Source of the DNA: Nitrospirales bacterium | GTDB taxonomy: Bacteria > Nitrospirota > Nitrospiria > Nitrospirales > UBA8639 | Reading direction: 5' to 3' | DNA length: 64,000 nucleotides | Assembly: GCA_965203295.1 (NCBI GenBank) | Contig: CBDBCZ010000015.1 | Location: forward strand, 1,024,001-1,088,000 | In this document: positions 30,001 to 39,072 of the stretch, one piece after another | How positions within the stretch are numbered: position 1 is the first letter of the stretch | Layout: each line of letters opens with the position of its first letter | Made by a program: the position numbers and the translations under genes | Notes under the pieces: generated by a model | What the model was told of the DNA's origin: nothing | What the model saw: the letters and a program-made list of their open reading frames with translations, nothing else | Databases searched by the model: none

Positions 30001-33000
30001 ATTCAAAGGCCTGTTTAGTTTTGTTGATGTTTGCCTGAAGATTAGGAAAGAAGGATTTTATTGAAAATTGTTAGTTTTGTTGGTCTCAGGCAAAGACTTT
30101 CAGCCAAAGTAACTGGCTACCATTGATCTGACCCTTCCCAACTGTTTAGGAAAAGAACTTGTTTTTCAAAGGCTTGTTTAGTTTGAATGATGTTAGTCAG
30201 ATACAATACATGCTTAGGAAGTATCGATGTTCAAGAAAGGAACTGGTTATTCAAAGGCTTGTTTAGTTTGCTTGATGTTAGTCTGCAGGTTAGGAAAGAA
30301 GTATTTTATAGAAAATCGTTAGTTTTGTTGGTCTCTAGCAAAAACTTTCAGCCAAAGTAACTAGCTACCATTGATCTGACCCTTCCCAACTGTTAAGGAA
30401 AAGAACTGGTTATTGAAAGGCTTGATTAGTTTTAATGATGTTAGTCGGATACAATACATGTTTAGGAAGTGTCAATGTTCAAGAAAGGAACTGGTTATTG
30501 AAAGGCTTGTTTAGTTTGGTTGATCTTAGTCTTAAGATTAGGAAAGAAGGATTTTATTGAAAATTGTTAGTTTTGTTGGTCTCAGGCAAAGACTTTCAGC
30601 CAAAGTAACTAGCTTCCATTGATCTGACCCTTCTGAACTGTTTAGGAAAAGAACTGGTTAATTCAAAGGCTTGTTCAGTTTAAAATGATGGTAGTCTGAA
30701 GATTAGGAAAGAAGGATTTTATTGAAAATTGTTAATTTTGTTGGTCTCTAGCAAAGACTTTTAACCAAAGTAACTAGCTACCATTTATCTGACCCTTCCG
30801 AACTGTTTAGAAAAAGAACTGGTTATTCAAAGGCCTGTTTAGTTTTGTTGACGTTAGCCTGAAGATTAGGAAAGAAGGATTTTATTGATAATTGTTAGTT
30901 TTGTTTGTCTTTTCCAAAGACTTTAAGCCAAAGTAACTGGCTACCATTGATCTGATCCTTCCCAACTATTTAGAAAAAGAGCTGGTTATTCAAAGGCTTG
31001 TTTTGTTTGAATGATATTAGTCAGATACAATACATGCTTAGGAAGTATCAATGTTCAAGAAAGGAACTGGTTATTCAAAGGCCTGTTTAGCTTGAATGAT
31101 GTTAGTCAGATACAATACACGCTTAGGAAGTATCGATGTTCAAAAAAGGAACTGGTTATTCAAAGGCTTGTTTAGTTTGGTCGATGTTAGTCTGAAGATT
31201 AGGAAAAAAGGATTTTTTTTTAAAATTGTTAGTTTTGTTGGTCTCAGGCAAAGACTCTCAGCCAAAGTAACTGGCTACCATTGATCTGACCCTTCCCAAC
31301 TGTTTAGGAAAAGAACTTGTTATTCAAAGGCTTGTTTAGTTTGAATGATGTTAGTCAGATACAATACATGCTTAGGAAGTATCGATGTTCAAGAAAGGAA
31401 CTGGTTATTCAAAGGCTTGTTTAGTTTGCTTGATGTTAGTCTGCAGATTAGGAAAGAAATATTTTATAGAAAATCGTTAGTTTTGTTTGTCTCTAGCAAT
31501 GACTTTTAGCCAAAGTAACTAGCTACCATTCATCTGACCCTTCCCAACTATTTAGGAAAAGAACTTGTTATTCAAAGGCTTGTTTAGTTTGAATGATGTT
31601 AGTCAGATACAATACATACTTAGGAAGTAAGGGTTTTGACTGAAAATTATCAGTTTTATTGGTCTCAGGCAAAGACTTTCAGTCAAACTAAGTAGCTACC
31701 ATTGATCTGACCATTCCCAAGTGTCTAGGAAAGAAATTGGTGTAAGATTTAATAGGTTTTTTAGTTTGAATGGTGTTAGTCGGATACAATACATGTTTAG
31801 GAAGTATCGATGTTCAAGAAAGGAACTGGTTATTCAAAGGCTTTTTTAGTTTAGTTGATGTTAGTTGAAGATTAGGAAAGGAGGATTTCATTGAAAATTG
31901 TTAGTTTTGTTGGTCTCAGGTAAAGACTTTCAGCCAATGTATCTAGCTACCATTGATCTGACCCCACCCAACTGTCTTGGAAAGGAACTGGTTTATGATT
32001 CAACATTTGTTTAGTTTAAATGATGTTTATCAGATACAATACATACATGCTTAGAAAGTAAGGGTTTTCACTAATAATTGGTACAATTTTAGCTTTATTG
32101 GTCTCAGGAAACTTTCAGTCAAAACAACTAGCTACCATTGTTCTGACCCTTCCCAACTGTCTAGGAAAGAAATTGGTTTAAGATTTAATAGCTTGTTAGT
32201 TTGAATGATGTTAGTCGGATACAATACATGCTTAGGAAGTATCGATGTTCAAGACCGGAACTGGTTATTCAAAGGCTTGTTTAGTTTGGTTGATGTTAGT
32301 CTGAAGATTAGGAAAGAAGGATTTCATTGAAAATTGTTAGATTTGTTGGTCTCTGGCAAAGACTTTAAGCCAAAGTCACTAGCTACCATTGATCTGACCC
32401 TTCCCAACTGTTTAGAAAAAGAACTGCTTATTCAAAGGCTTGTTTAGTTGGAATTATGTTAGTCAAATATAATACATGCCTAGGAAGTATCGATGTTCAA
32501 GAAAGGAACTGGTTATTCAAAGGCCTGTTTAGTTTGAATGATGTTAGTCTGAAGATTAGGAAAGAAGGATTTTAATGAAAATTATTAGTTTTGTTGGTCT
32601 CTAGCAAAGACTTTAAGCCAAAGTAACTAGCTACCATTTATATGACCCTTCCTAACTGTTTAGAAAAAGAACTGGTTATTCAAAGGCCTGTTTAGTTTTG
32701 TTGATGTTAGCCGGAAGTTTAGGAAAGAAGGATTTTATTGAAAATTGTTAGTTTTGTTGGTCTCTAGCAAAGACTTTAAGCCAAAAATAACTAGCTGCCA
32801 TTGATCTGACCCTTCCCAACTGTTTAGGAAAAGAACTGGTTATTCAAAGGCTTGTTTAGTTTGAATGATGTTAGTCTGAAGATTAGAAAAGAAGGATTTT
32901 ATTGAATATTGTTAATTTTGTTGGTCTCTAGCAAAGACTTTAAGCCAAAGTAACTAGCTACCATTTATCTGACCCTTCCCAACTGTTTAGAAAAAGAACT

Positions 33001-35572
33001 GGTTATTAAAAGGCCTGTTTAGTTTGAATGATGTTAGTCTTAAGATTAGGAAAGAAGGATTTTATTGATAATTGTTAGTTTTGTTGGTCTCAGGCAAAGA
33101 CTTTCAGCCAAAGTAACTGGCTACCATTAATCTGACTTTTCCCAACTGTTTAGAAAAAGAACTGGTTATTCAAAGCTTGATTAGTTTTAATGATGTTAGT
33201 CTGAAGATTAGGAAAGAAGGAATTTATTGAAAATTGTTAGTTTTGTTGGTCTCATGCAAAGACTTTAAGCCAAAGTAACTAGCTACCATTGATCTGACCC
33301 TTCCCAACTGTTTAGGAGAAGAACTGGTTATTCAAAGGCTTGTTTAGTTTTGTTGATGTTAGCCTGAAGATTAGGTAAGAAGGATTTTATAGAAAATTGT
33401 TAGTTTTGTTGGTCTCTAGCAAAGACTTTAAGCCTAAATAACTAGCTGCCATTGATCTGACCCTTCCCAACTGTTTAGGAAAAGAACTTGTTATTCAAAG
33501 GCTTGTTTAGTTCTGATGATGTTAGTCTGAAGATTAGGAAAGAAGGATTTTATTAAAAATTGTTAATTTTGTTGGTCTCTAGCAAAGACTTTATGCCAAA
33601 GTAACTAGCTACCATTTATCTGACCCTTCCGAACTGTTTAGAAAAAGAACTGGTTATTCAAAGGCCTGTTTAGTTTTGTTGATTTTAGCCTGAAGATTAG
33701 TAAAGAAGGATTTTATTGAAAATCGTTAGTTTTGTTGGTCTCTAGCAAAGACTTTGAGCCAAAGTAACTAGCTACCATTGATCTGACCCTTCCCAACTGT
33801 TTAGGAAAAGAACTTGTTATTCAAAGGCTTCTTTAGTTTGAATGAGGTTAGTCGGATACAATACATTCTTAGGAAGTATCGATGTTAAAAAAAATAACTG
33901 GTTATTCAAAGGCTTGTTTAGTTTTCTTGATGTTAGTCTGCAGATTATAGGAAAGAAGTATTTTATAGAAAATCGTTAGTTTAGTTGGTCTCTAGCAAAG
34001 ACTTTGAGCAAAAGTAACTAGCTACCATTGATCTGTCCCTTCCCAACTGTTTATGAAAAGAACTGGTTATTCAAAGGCTTGATTAGTTTTAATGATGTTA
34101 GTCTGATACAATACATGTTTAGGAAGTGTCGATGTTCAAGAAAGGAACTGGTTATTCAAAGGCTTGTTTAGTTTGGTTGATGTTAGTCTGAAGATTATAG
34201 AAAAGAAGTATTTTATAGAAAATCGTTAGTTTTGTTGGTCTCAGGCAAAGACTTTCAGCCAAAGTAACAAGCTACCATTGATCTGACCCTTCCTAACTGT
34301 TTAGAAAAAGAACTGGTTATTCAAAGGCCTGTTTAGTTTTGTTGATGTTAGCCGGAAGTTTAGGAAAGAAGGATTTTATTGAAAATTGTTAGTTTTGTTG
34401 GTCTCTAGCAAAGACTTTAAGCCAAAAATAACTAGCTGCCATTGATCTGACCCTTCCCAACTGTTTAGGTAAAGAACTGGTTATTCAAAGGCTTGTTTAG
34501 TTTGGATGATGTTAGTCTGAAGATTAGGAAAGAAGGATTTTATTAAAAATTGTTAATTTTGTTGGTCTCTAGCAAAGACTTTAAGCCAAAGTAACTAGCT
34601 ACCATTTATCTGACCCTTCCGAACTGTTTAGAAAAAGAACTTGTTATTCAAAGGCCTGTTTAGTTTTGTTGATTTTAGCCTGAAGATTAGTAAAGAAGGA
34701 TTTTATTGAAAATCGTTAGTTTTGTTGGTCTCTAGCAAAGACTTTGAGCCAAAGTAACTAGCTACCATTGATCTGACCCTTCCCAACTGTTTAGGAAAAG
34801 AACTTGTTATTCAAAGGCTTCTTTAGTTTGAATGAGGTTAGTCAGATACAATACATGCTTAGGAAGTATCGATGTTCAAAAAAATAACTGGTTATTCAAA
34901 GGCTTGTTTAGTTTTCTTGATGTTAGTCTGCAGATTATAGGAAAGAAGTATTTTATAGAAAATCGTTAGTTTTGTTGGTCTCTAGCAAAGACTTTGAGCC
35001 AAAGTAACTAGCTACCATTGATCCGACCCTTCCCAACTGTTTAGGAAAAGAACTGGTTATTCAAAGGCTTGATTAGTTTTAATGATGTTAGTCGGATACA
35101 ATGCATGTTTAGGAAGTATCAATTGTCAAGAAAGGAACTGGTTATTTAAAGCTTGTTTAGTTTGGTTGATGTTAGTCTGAAGATTAGGAAAGAAGGATTT
35201 TATTTAAAATTGTTAGTTTTGTTGGTCTCAGGCAAAGACTTTCAGCCAAAGTAACAGGCTACCATTGATCTGACCCTTCCTAACTGTTTAGGAAAAGAAC
35301 TAGTTTAAGATTCAATAGCTCGTTTAGTTTGAATGATATTAGTCACATACAATACATACTTAGGAAGTAAGGGTTTTCACTAATAATTGGTACAATTTTA
35401 GCTTTATTGGTCTCAGGAAACTTTCAGTCAAAACAACTAGCTACCATTGATCTGACCCTTACTAACTGTCTAGGTAGAGAACTGGTTTAAGATTCAATAG
35501 CTTGTTTTGTTTGAATGATGTTAGTCAGATAAAATACATTCTTAGGAAGTAAGGGTTTTCACTGAAAATTAT
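1..35572 (+). repeat. Satellite array (left), irregular mix of 163-bp (A) and 85-bp (B) monomers sharing a 44-bp head; runs off the window start
   Basis: Head motif recurs at 71, 156, 319, 404, 567..., giving spacings of 85 and 163. A tail: TGAAGATTAGGAAAGAAGG...CCCTTCCCAACTGTTTAGGAAAA (119 bp). B tail: AGATACAATACATGCTTAGGAAGTATCGATGTTCAAGAAAG (41 bp). Confidence 0.98.
5063..25441 (+). repeat. 10,160-bp tandem duplication within the satellite (junction within ~15223-15281)
   Basis: Rare variants recur at a constant offset of 10160: CCATCGATCT 5141/15301, deletion junction CTACC|AGGCTTGATT 6701/16861, TCTAGCAGAG 12721/22881, TTCGTCTGCAGG 15211/25371. About a dozen substitutions were seen by eye. 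Confidence 0.95.
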
Positions 35573-35740
35573 CGCTACGATCGTCCCATACTCATCCACC
35601 AAACTCATGTCAAGAAGATTGTTGAAATCCCCCCCCCCCCTGAGGGATGGCTCTGGAAGGGAGCTCCGCCATCTACATGATACAGCTCAGCACCAGAACA
35701 CCATGTTTGAATGGCGAAGGTCCAGCCAAGAAACTGCAGT
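35573..35740 (+). mobile_element. BEL/Pao LTR-retrotransposon gag (DUF1759-like) fragment, frameshifted and internally deleted
   Basis: Translates RYDRPILIHQTHVKKIVEIP, then frameshifts in the poly-C run (35629-35640), then LRDGSGRELRHLHDTAQH-QNTMFEWRRSSQETA. This matches my recollection of Pao gag motifs RYDRPRLIHQ.HV / LKDGSGKELRRLHD / TMFEW. The segment normally lying between the last two motifs is missing. Confidence 0.75.
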
Positions 35741-35864
35741 ATTGCTGTGAGATTACGGCCTGTGAGTTGCAGGAGCATGTGCATGCATATACATATACGT
35801 ATATGTAGTTGCCTTTGGCTGCTGATTGTGAAAGCTGACCCTTCTTACCCTCTCCCCGTTCAAG

Positions 35865-35949
35865 GATGATCTACCTGGGAGAAAATTTCAGTGGCTTTGT
35901 TACTGTGCACAACGTCAGCCAGGAGGTGGTGAAGGAAACCATCTTTAAG
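35865..35949 (+). pseudogene. TRAPPC13: TRAPPC13-like exon 1 of fragment (85 bp)
   Basis: Pyrimidine tract + AAG acceptor; 1 nt + MIYLGENFSGFVTVHNVSQEVVKETIFK; GTAGGT donor at 35950. Confidence 0.9.
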
Positions 35950-36369
35950 GTAGGTTGCAGCAGAGCCAAGGAGTGAGCGTCTGTACAAAATGTCATGTAA
36001 CAGACAGAACTATGTACGTATATGATCTCTGTCTGGTCTTGCAGTCACCAAGTAATTGAAGCTACATAGTGTCGTGTCGTATTGCCAGTTTTATTTTCAT
36101 GACCATAAAATATCGGTGTGGGAAGGCTTAGTTGCGACCCTAGCAATATTAGGACAAATTATGCATGTAATGCATAGGTATAGGAGATGGCTGACTCTGT
36201 CTGTACTGAAGTTTTGTGTCTGAAGGCCATACAGATCTGCTCCGTTTATATTCCTTATCAGGACAAGTCACAAATGTCTATCGCTAATTGCTGCTATAGT
36301 TACTGCTCACTGCAGCACTTATCTTGAACTTGGCAGTGTGTATAGTAGTTGCGTCTTCACATTGTACAG

Positions 36370-36459
36370 GTGGAACTATTGACTCCTTCCAGCTGGACCC
36401 GGGGGGAGTTGTTAAGAGCGAATCATAGCGCATGAAGTAAAGGAACTGGGAGAGCACAG
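36370..36459 (+). pseudogene. TRAPPC13: TRAPPC13-like exon 2 of fragment (90 bp), internally deleted and frameshifted
   Basis: TACAG acceptor and GTAAGA donor. VELLTPS, LDPGG and ERIIAHEVKELGEH lie in different frames, and the entry frame hits TGA. Confidence 0.85.
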
Positions 36460-36796
36460 GTAAGAGATATACGTAGCCTTGATTCGAAGCTATAAGAGAT
36501 ACACATAACTGTCTATGTAGGTAATGAGAGAGTGTATATGCATTGAAGGGAATGGGTGGGTGAGAACATCAACATAGAAGTATGTTATGTAGCTTCATAT
36601 GTGACTTACGTTATTTGGACGTGGATCTATGTCACATTCACCTGTAAAGGATATCTCCACTGTCCCTCCAGTGTTAGGCACGGCCTCAAATGCTTTTTGT
36701 TTGTGAAGTCGCATGCAACACGCCTTTCAAAACCCTCATATAGCGGTTTTTAAAGTACCAATCTCTTGATTTCCTCAACGTTATATATTACTACAG

Positions 36797-36872
36797 CCTC
36801 ATCTGTACTTCCACCTGCACTGTGCACTCCACAAGAGAAGAACATTTCCTTCGCAAATTTTTCAAGTTCAAT
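36797..36872 (+). pseudogene. TRAPPC13: TRAPPC13-like exon 3 of fragment (76 bp)
   Basis: CTACAG acceptor; 1 nt + LICTSTCTVHSTREEHFLRKFFKFN; GTAAGC donor. Confidence 0.9.
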
Positions 36873-36992
36873 GTAAGCATTTTACTGTAAATAGTAAAGC
36901 CATGAGTGTAACTTTGGCATTGATTGTAAGCTGTATTCAGTCTATTGCTGACAGTGTGCTAAATTATGGTCTTGTGTCTCTCTCAAATACAA

Positions 36993-37037
36993 GTTGCTAA
37001 ACCACTTGATGTAAAGACGAAGTTTTTTAACATAGAG
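36993..37037 (+). pseudogene. TRAPPC13: TRAPPC13-like exon 4 of fragment (45 bp) with mutated acceptor
   Basis: [15 protein letters not shown]; preceded by TACAA (AG->AA at 36991-36992); GTATGT donor. Confidence 0.9.
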
Positions 37038-37303
37038 GTATGTACAGAGGTGTGATAAGAGCATTAGCAAAGTGTTCTACGTGTGTAGGGGAATTTATGT
37101 CTGTCAGGTAGCTGAAATTCTATAACCAGCCAGAGCGTGAACAATGGACACAGGGACTGTGCAGAATAGTTACAAAGTACCTGTAGTTGATCACTGATCT
37201 GCTTGTTGAGTTGTCAGTAGATCTACATGTACTATGTACTATAGACGAAATCAAACACCCTGCTTCATTAACAGACCATCTCAAGAAATTGTATAAAGTA
37301 CAC

Positions 37304-37372
37304 TAACCCTGTTCCCATTGTAGCTTGTAGCCTCCACACTATGTATTTTCTGAGTGCCTGGGAATGAGGCCA
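37304..37372. mobile_element. Degraded short TIR element related to the 38986-39049 family, in a TRAPPC13 intron
   Basis: TAACCCTGTTCCCA ... GCCTGGGAATGAGGCCA resembles decayed TAGCCTCG..CCCAGGC / GCCTGGG..CGAGGCTA ends. No TSD is recognisable. Confidence 0.4.
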
Positions 37373-37431
37373 CGTCATTATGTACGTAGTTGATGGCTTG
37401 TGAATGATGAACTGCATAATAAACCACGCAG

Positions 37432-37562
37432 GATGATATTCTTCTTGAAGTTCAGATCCAGAACTCCACTACAGGTCCAATGTACTCAGAAGTTGTAAAG
37501 TTTGACCCTGCTGCGGGCTTTGAAGCTGTTAATCTCAACAAGCTTGAAAATAGAGATAAAGA
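37432..37562 (+). pseudogene. TRAPPC13: TRAPPC13-like exon 5 of fragment (131 bp)
   Basis: CGCAG acceptor; DDILLEVQIQNSTTGPMYSEVVKFDPAAGFEAVNLNKLENRDK + 2 nt; GTAAGT donor. Confidence 0.9.
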
Positions 37563-38751
37563 GTAAGTCCATTTGAAATGTAAAAAACTGATGCTAACAG
37601 AGGTATAAGAATACATTTGGTTCTGTGTGCGCCTGTGCGTGTGTAACGGATGTGACGTCCACTAATAAACCATGATTGCACGATACTGTAAGTGTAAACC
37701 GTGCACAGCTGTAACTGCTATGCTAGACGTGCATAAAATAAAGTCAGTGCCGTTCATCTACATGTACATGCAGGCTGAAAGATTCCCCGGAACTACTTGA
37801 GTCTGAAAGACTTATGCTAGTTGGTAGGTTGTGCTATGTTTGTGTATATAATATTAAACCGATCTATTCTGGGAGCACTATTTGTAGTTTTTACCACCCA
37901 GATAAACATGAAGTGCACCCCAGCTGGTACTAAGTTATAGTTGTCGTGGACTTTGCCCAGGACAGCTATATTTTGTTTCTTTTTTTGTGGAAAACTATTT
38001 CAGAAGCTTCTGGGAGAGTGTACAAACCATACTACATTAGCTACTACGTATGTGTGAATTAAGCAATTTAATGCACACTCATGTGATCGATTTTGAGACT
38101 TCTGATCTGTTGAAGGTCACATGAGTAGAATTAAGTGTTGCTTATGGTCGGAAAATAGTACAGACATGTATTATGGCAAGATAGCCACTATGGACAGAAT
38201 TAGTAATTTGCTGAAACACTTAACTTCGTCTAGTGTAGCAATATGTACATTGATTGTATCATTGTAACTTAGAACATTCTTGTAACTCATGCCATGAGCC
38301 TTGGGACCATTACTAAAAGTGTCTCATGTATTGCTGGTTTACCTGGAACAGTCTCCTGATTACTGGTAAAAGTGTCTAGGGGATGGTTTAGCTATAACAT
38401 ATTGTGTAAATATAGTAACACATTTGATTATTTCTGTGTAGGTTGGAAGTGAAATGAACATGTCAGATACATGTGCTTTTATCATCTGATAAGTGATATT
38501 GTTTTACCTATGTTCTTTTATTGCTGTAGTTGAATGCTGTATGTGAATGCTTTCTATGTATGTTGTTACCTGTCGCTTGGACACAAGAGTTCAGAAGTAA
38601 AATACGGGCATGCCAGGCACTAATTGCATTCATGCAGGGTTAGGGATGGGGTTGTAGAATCAAGCTCTGTTGTGTCATTGCTACCTTGTTTGGTTACTTT
38701 TTTGCGATTCCATCCCTACATGCTCTTTCATTTTTAAATGATTTCTTTAAA

Positions 38752-38950
38752 ACTTTTATTATTCAGTGTGCTATAATGCTACAAAACATTTACTACCATC
38801 TCAATGGTTAGTCTCGGTAGTGGCGGGATACTGTAAGCGATCTCCGACTTGATAGGTGGGCTGGTACCGAGACTACTCGATGGTATACATCCCACCATCC
38901 AGTTCACAGTTGAAGAGAAGGAAAAGGTACTCCTGTTTCTGAATACCAAA
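38752..38950 (+). mobile_element. Penelope-like retroelement reverse transcriptase fragment, interrupted by a 67-bp insertion
   Basis: Removing 38809-38884 gives TFIIQCAIMLQNIYYHLNGIHPTIQFTVEEKEKVLLFLNTK. This fits the Penelope-like RT pattern after YVDD (DDTF.I-x11-HLN.IHP.IQFT.E.E...L.FLD). Confidence 0.75.
38809..38875. mobile_element. 67-bp non-autonomous DNA transposon (MITE-like) with TAG..CTA termini and a 9-bp TSD
   Basis: Perfect 11-bp TIR TAGTCTCGGTA/TACCGAGACTA, flanked by CTCAATGGT (38800-38808) and CTCGATGGT (38876-38884). Confidence 0.85.
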
Positions 38951-38985
38951 TCTATTTGAGAATAAATAAGAATACTGGGCATAAC

Positions 38986-39049
38986 TAGCCTTGTACCCAG
39001 GCCTTCCCCGCACTTTCGCGAGTGCAGGGAAGGCCTAGGTATGAGGCTA
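38986..39049. mobile_element. 64-bp palindromic non-autonomous TIR element (TAGCCT...AGGCTA)
   Basis: 29-bp inverted arms with 4 mismatches around a 6-nt loop TTCGCG. Flanks GGGCATAAC / GGGCTTCCC match at 6 of 9 positions. Confidence 0.8.
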
Positions 39050-39072
39050 GGGCTTCCCTTCTAGGAGCTGAG

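Larger units (their letters stand above)
35865..37562 (+). pseudogene. TRAPPC13: Partial, intron-containing TRAPPC13 (trafficking protein particle complex subunit 13) pseudogene; five internal exons
   Basis: Exons translate to MIYLGENFSGFVTVHNVSQEVVKETIFK / VELLTPS..LDPGG..ERIIAHEVKELGEH / LICTSTCTVHSTREEHFLRKFFKFN / [15 protein letters not shown] / DDILLEVQIQNSTTGPMYSEVVKFDP. These are colinear with TRAPPC13 ([47 protein letters not shown]). Intron phases are compatible. Lesions occur in exon 2 and at the exon 4 acceptor, and the first and last exons were not found. Confidence 0.92.

Noticed and set aside
36556..36753. 65-aa ORF
   Set aside because: It lies wholly in a TRAPPC13 intron, starts with GTG and has no recognisable motif.
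35865..37562. Functional TRAPPC13 gene
   Set aside because: It has a deletion and frameshifts in exon 2, an AG->AA acceptor mutation, and no 5' or 3' exons in the island.
38442..38456. Possible terminal micro-exon (TGTAG|G TTG GAA GTG AAA TGA)
   Set aside because: Too short to assign, and no homology recognised.
38779..38982. 67-aa minus-strand ORF
   Set aside because: It is the antisense shadow of the Penelope-like RT fragment and runs through the MITE insertion.
35573..39072. Island as a single intact transposon insertion
   Set aside because: There are no TIRs, LTRs or TSD at its ends, and the satellite phase differs on the two sides.
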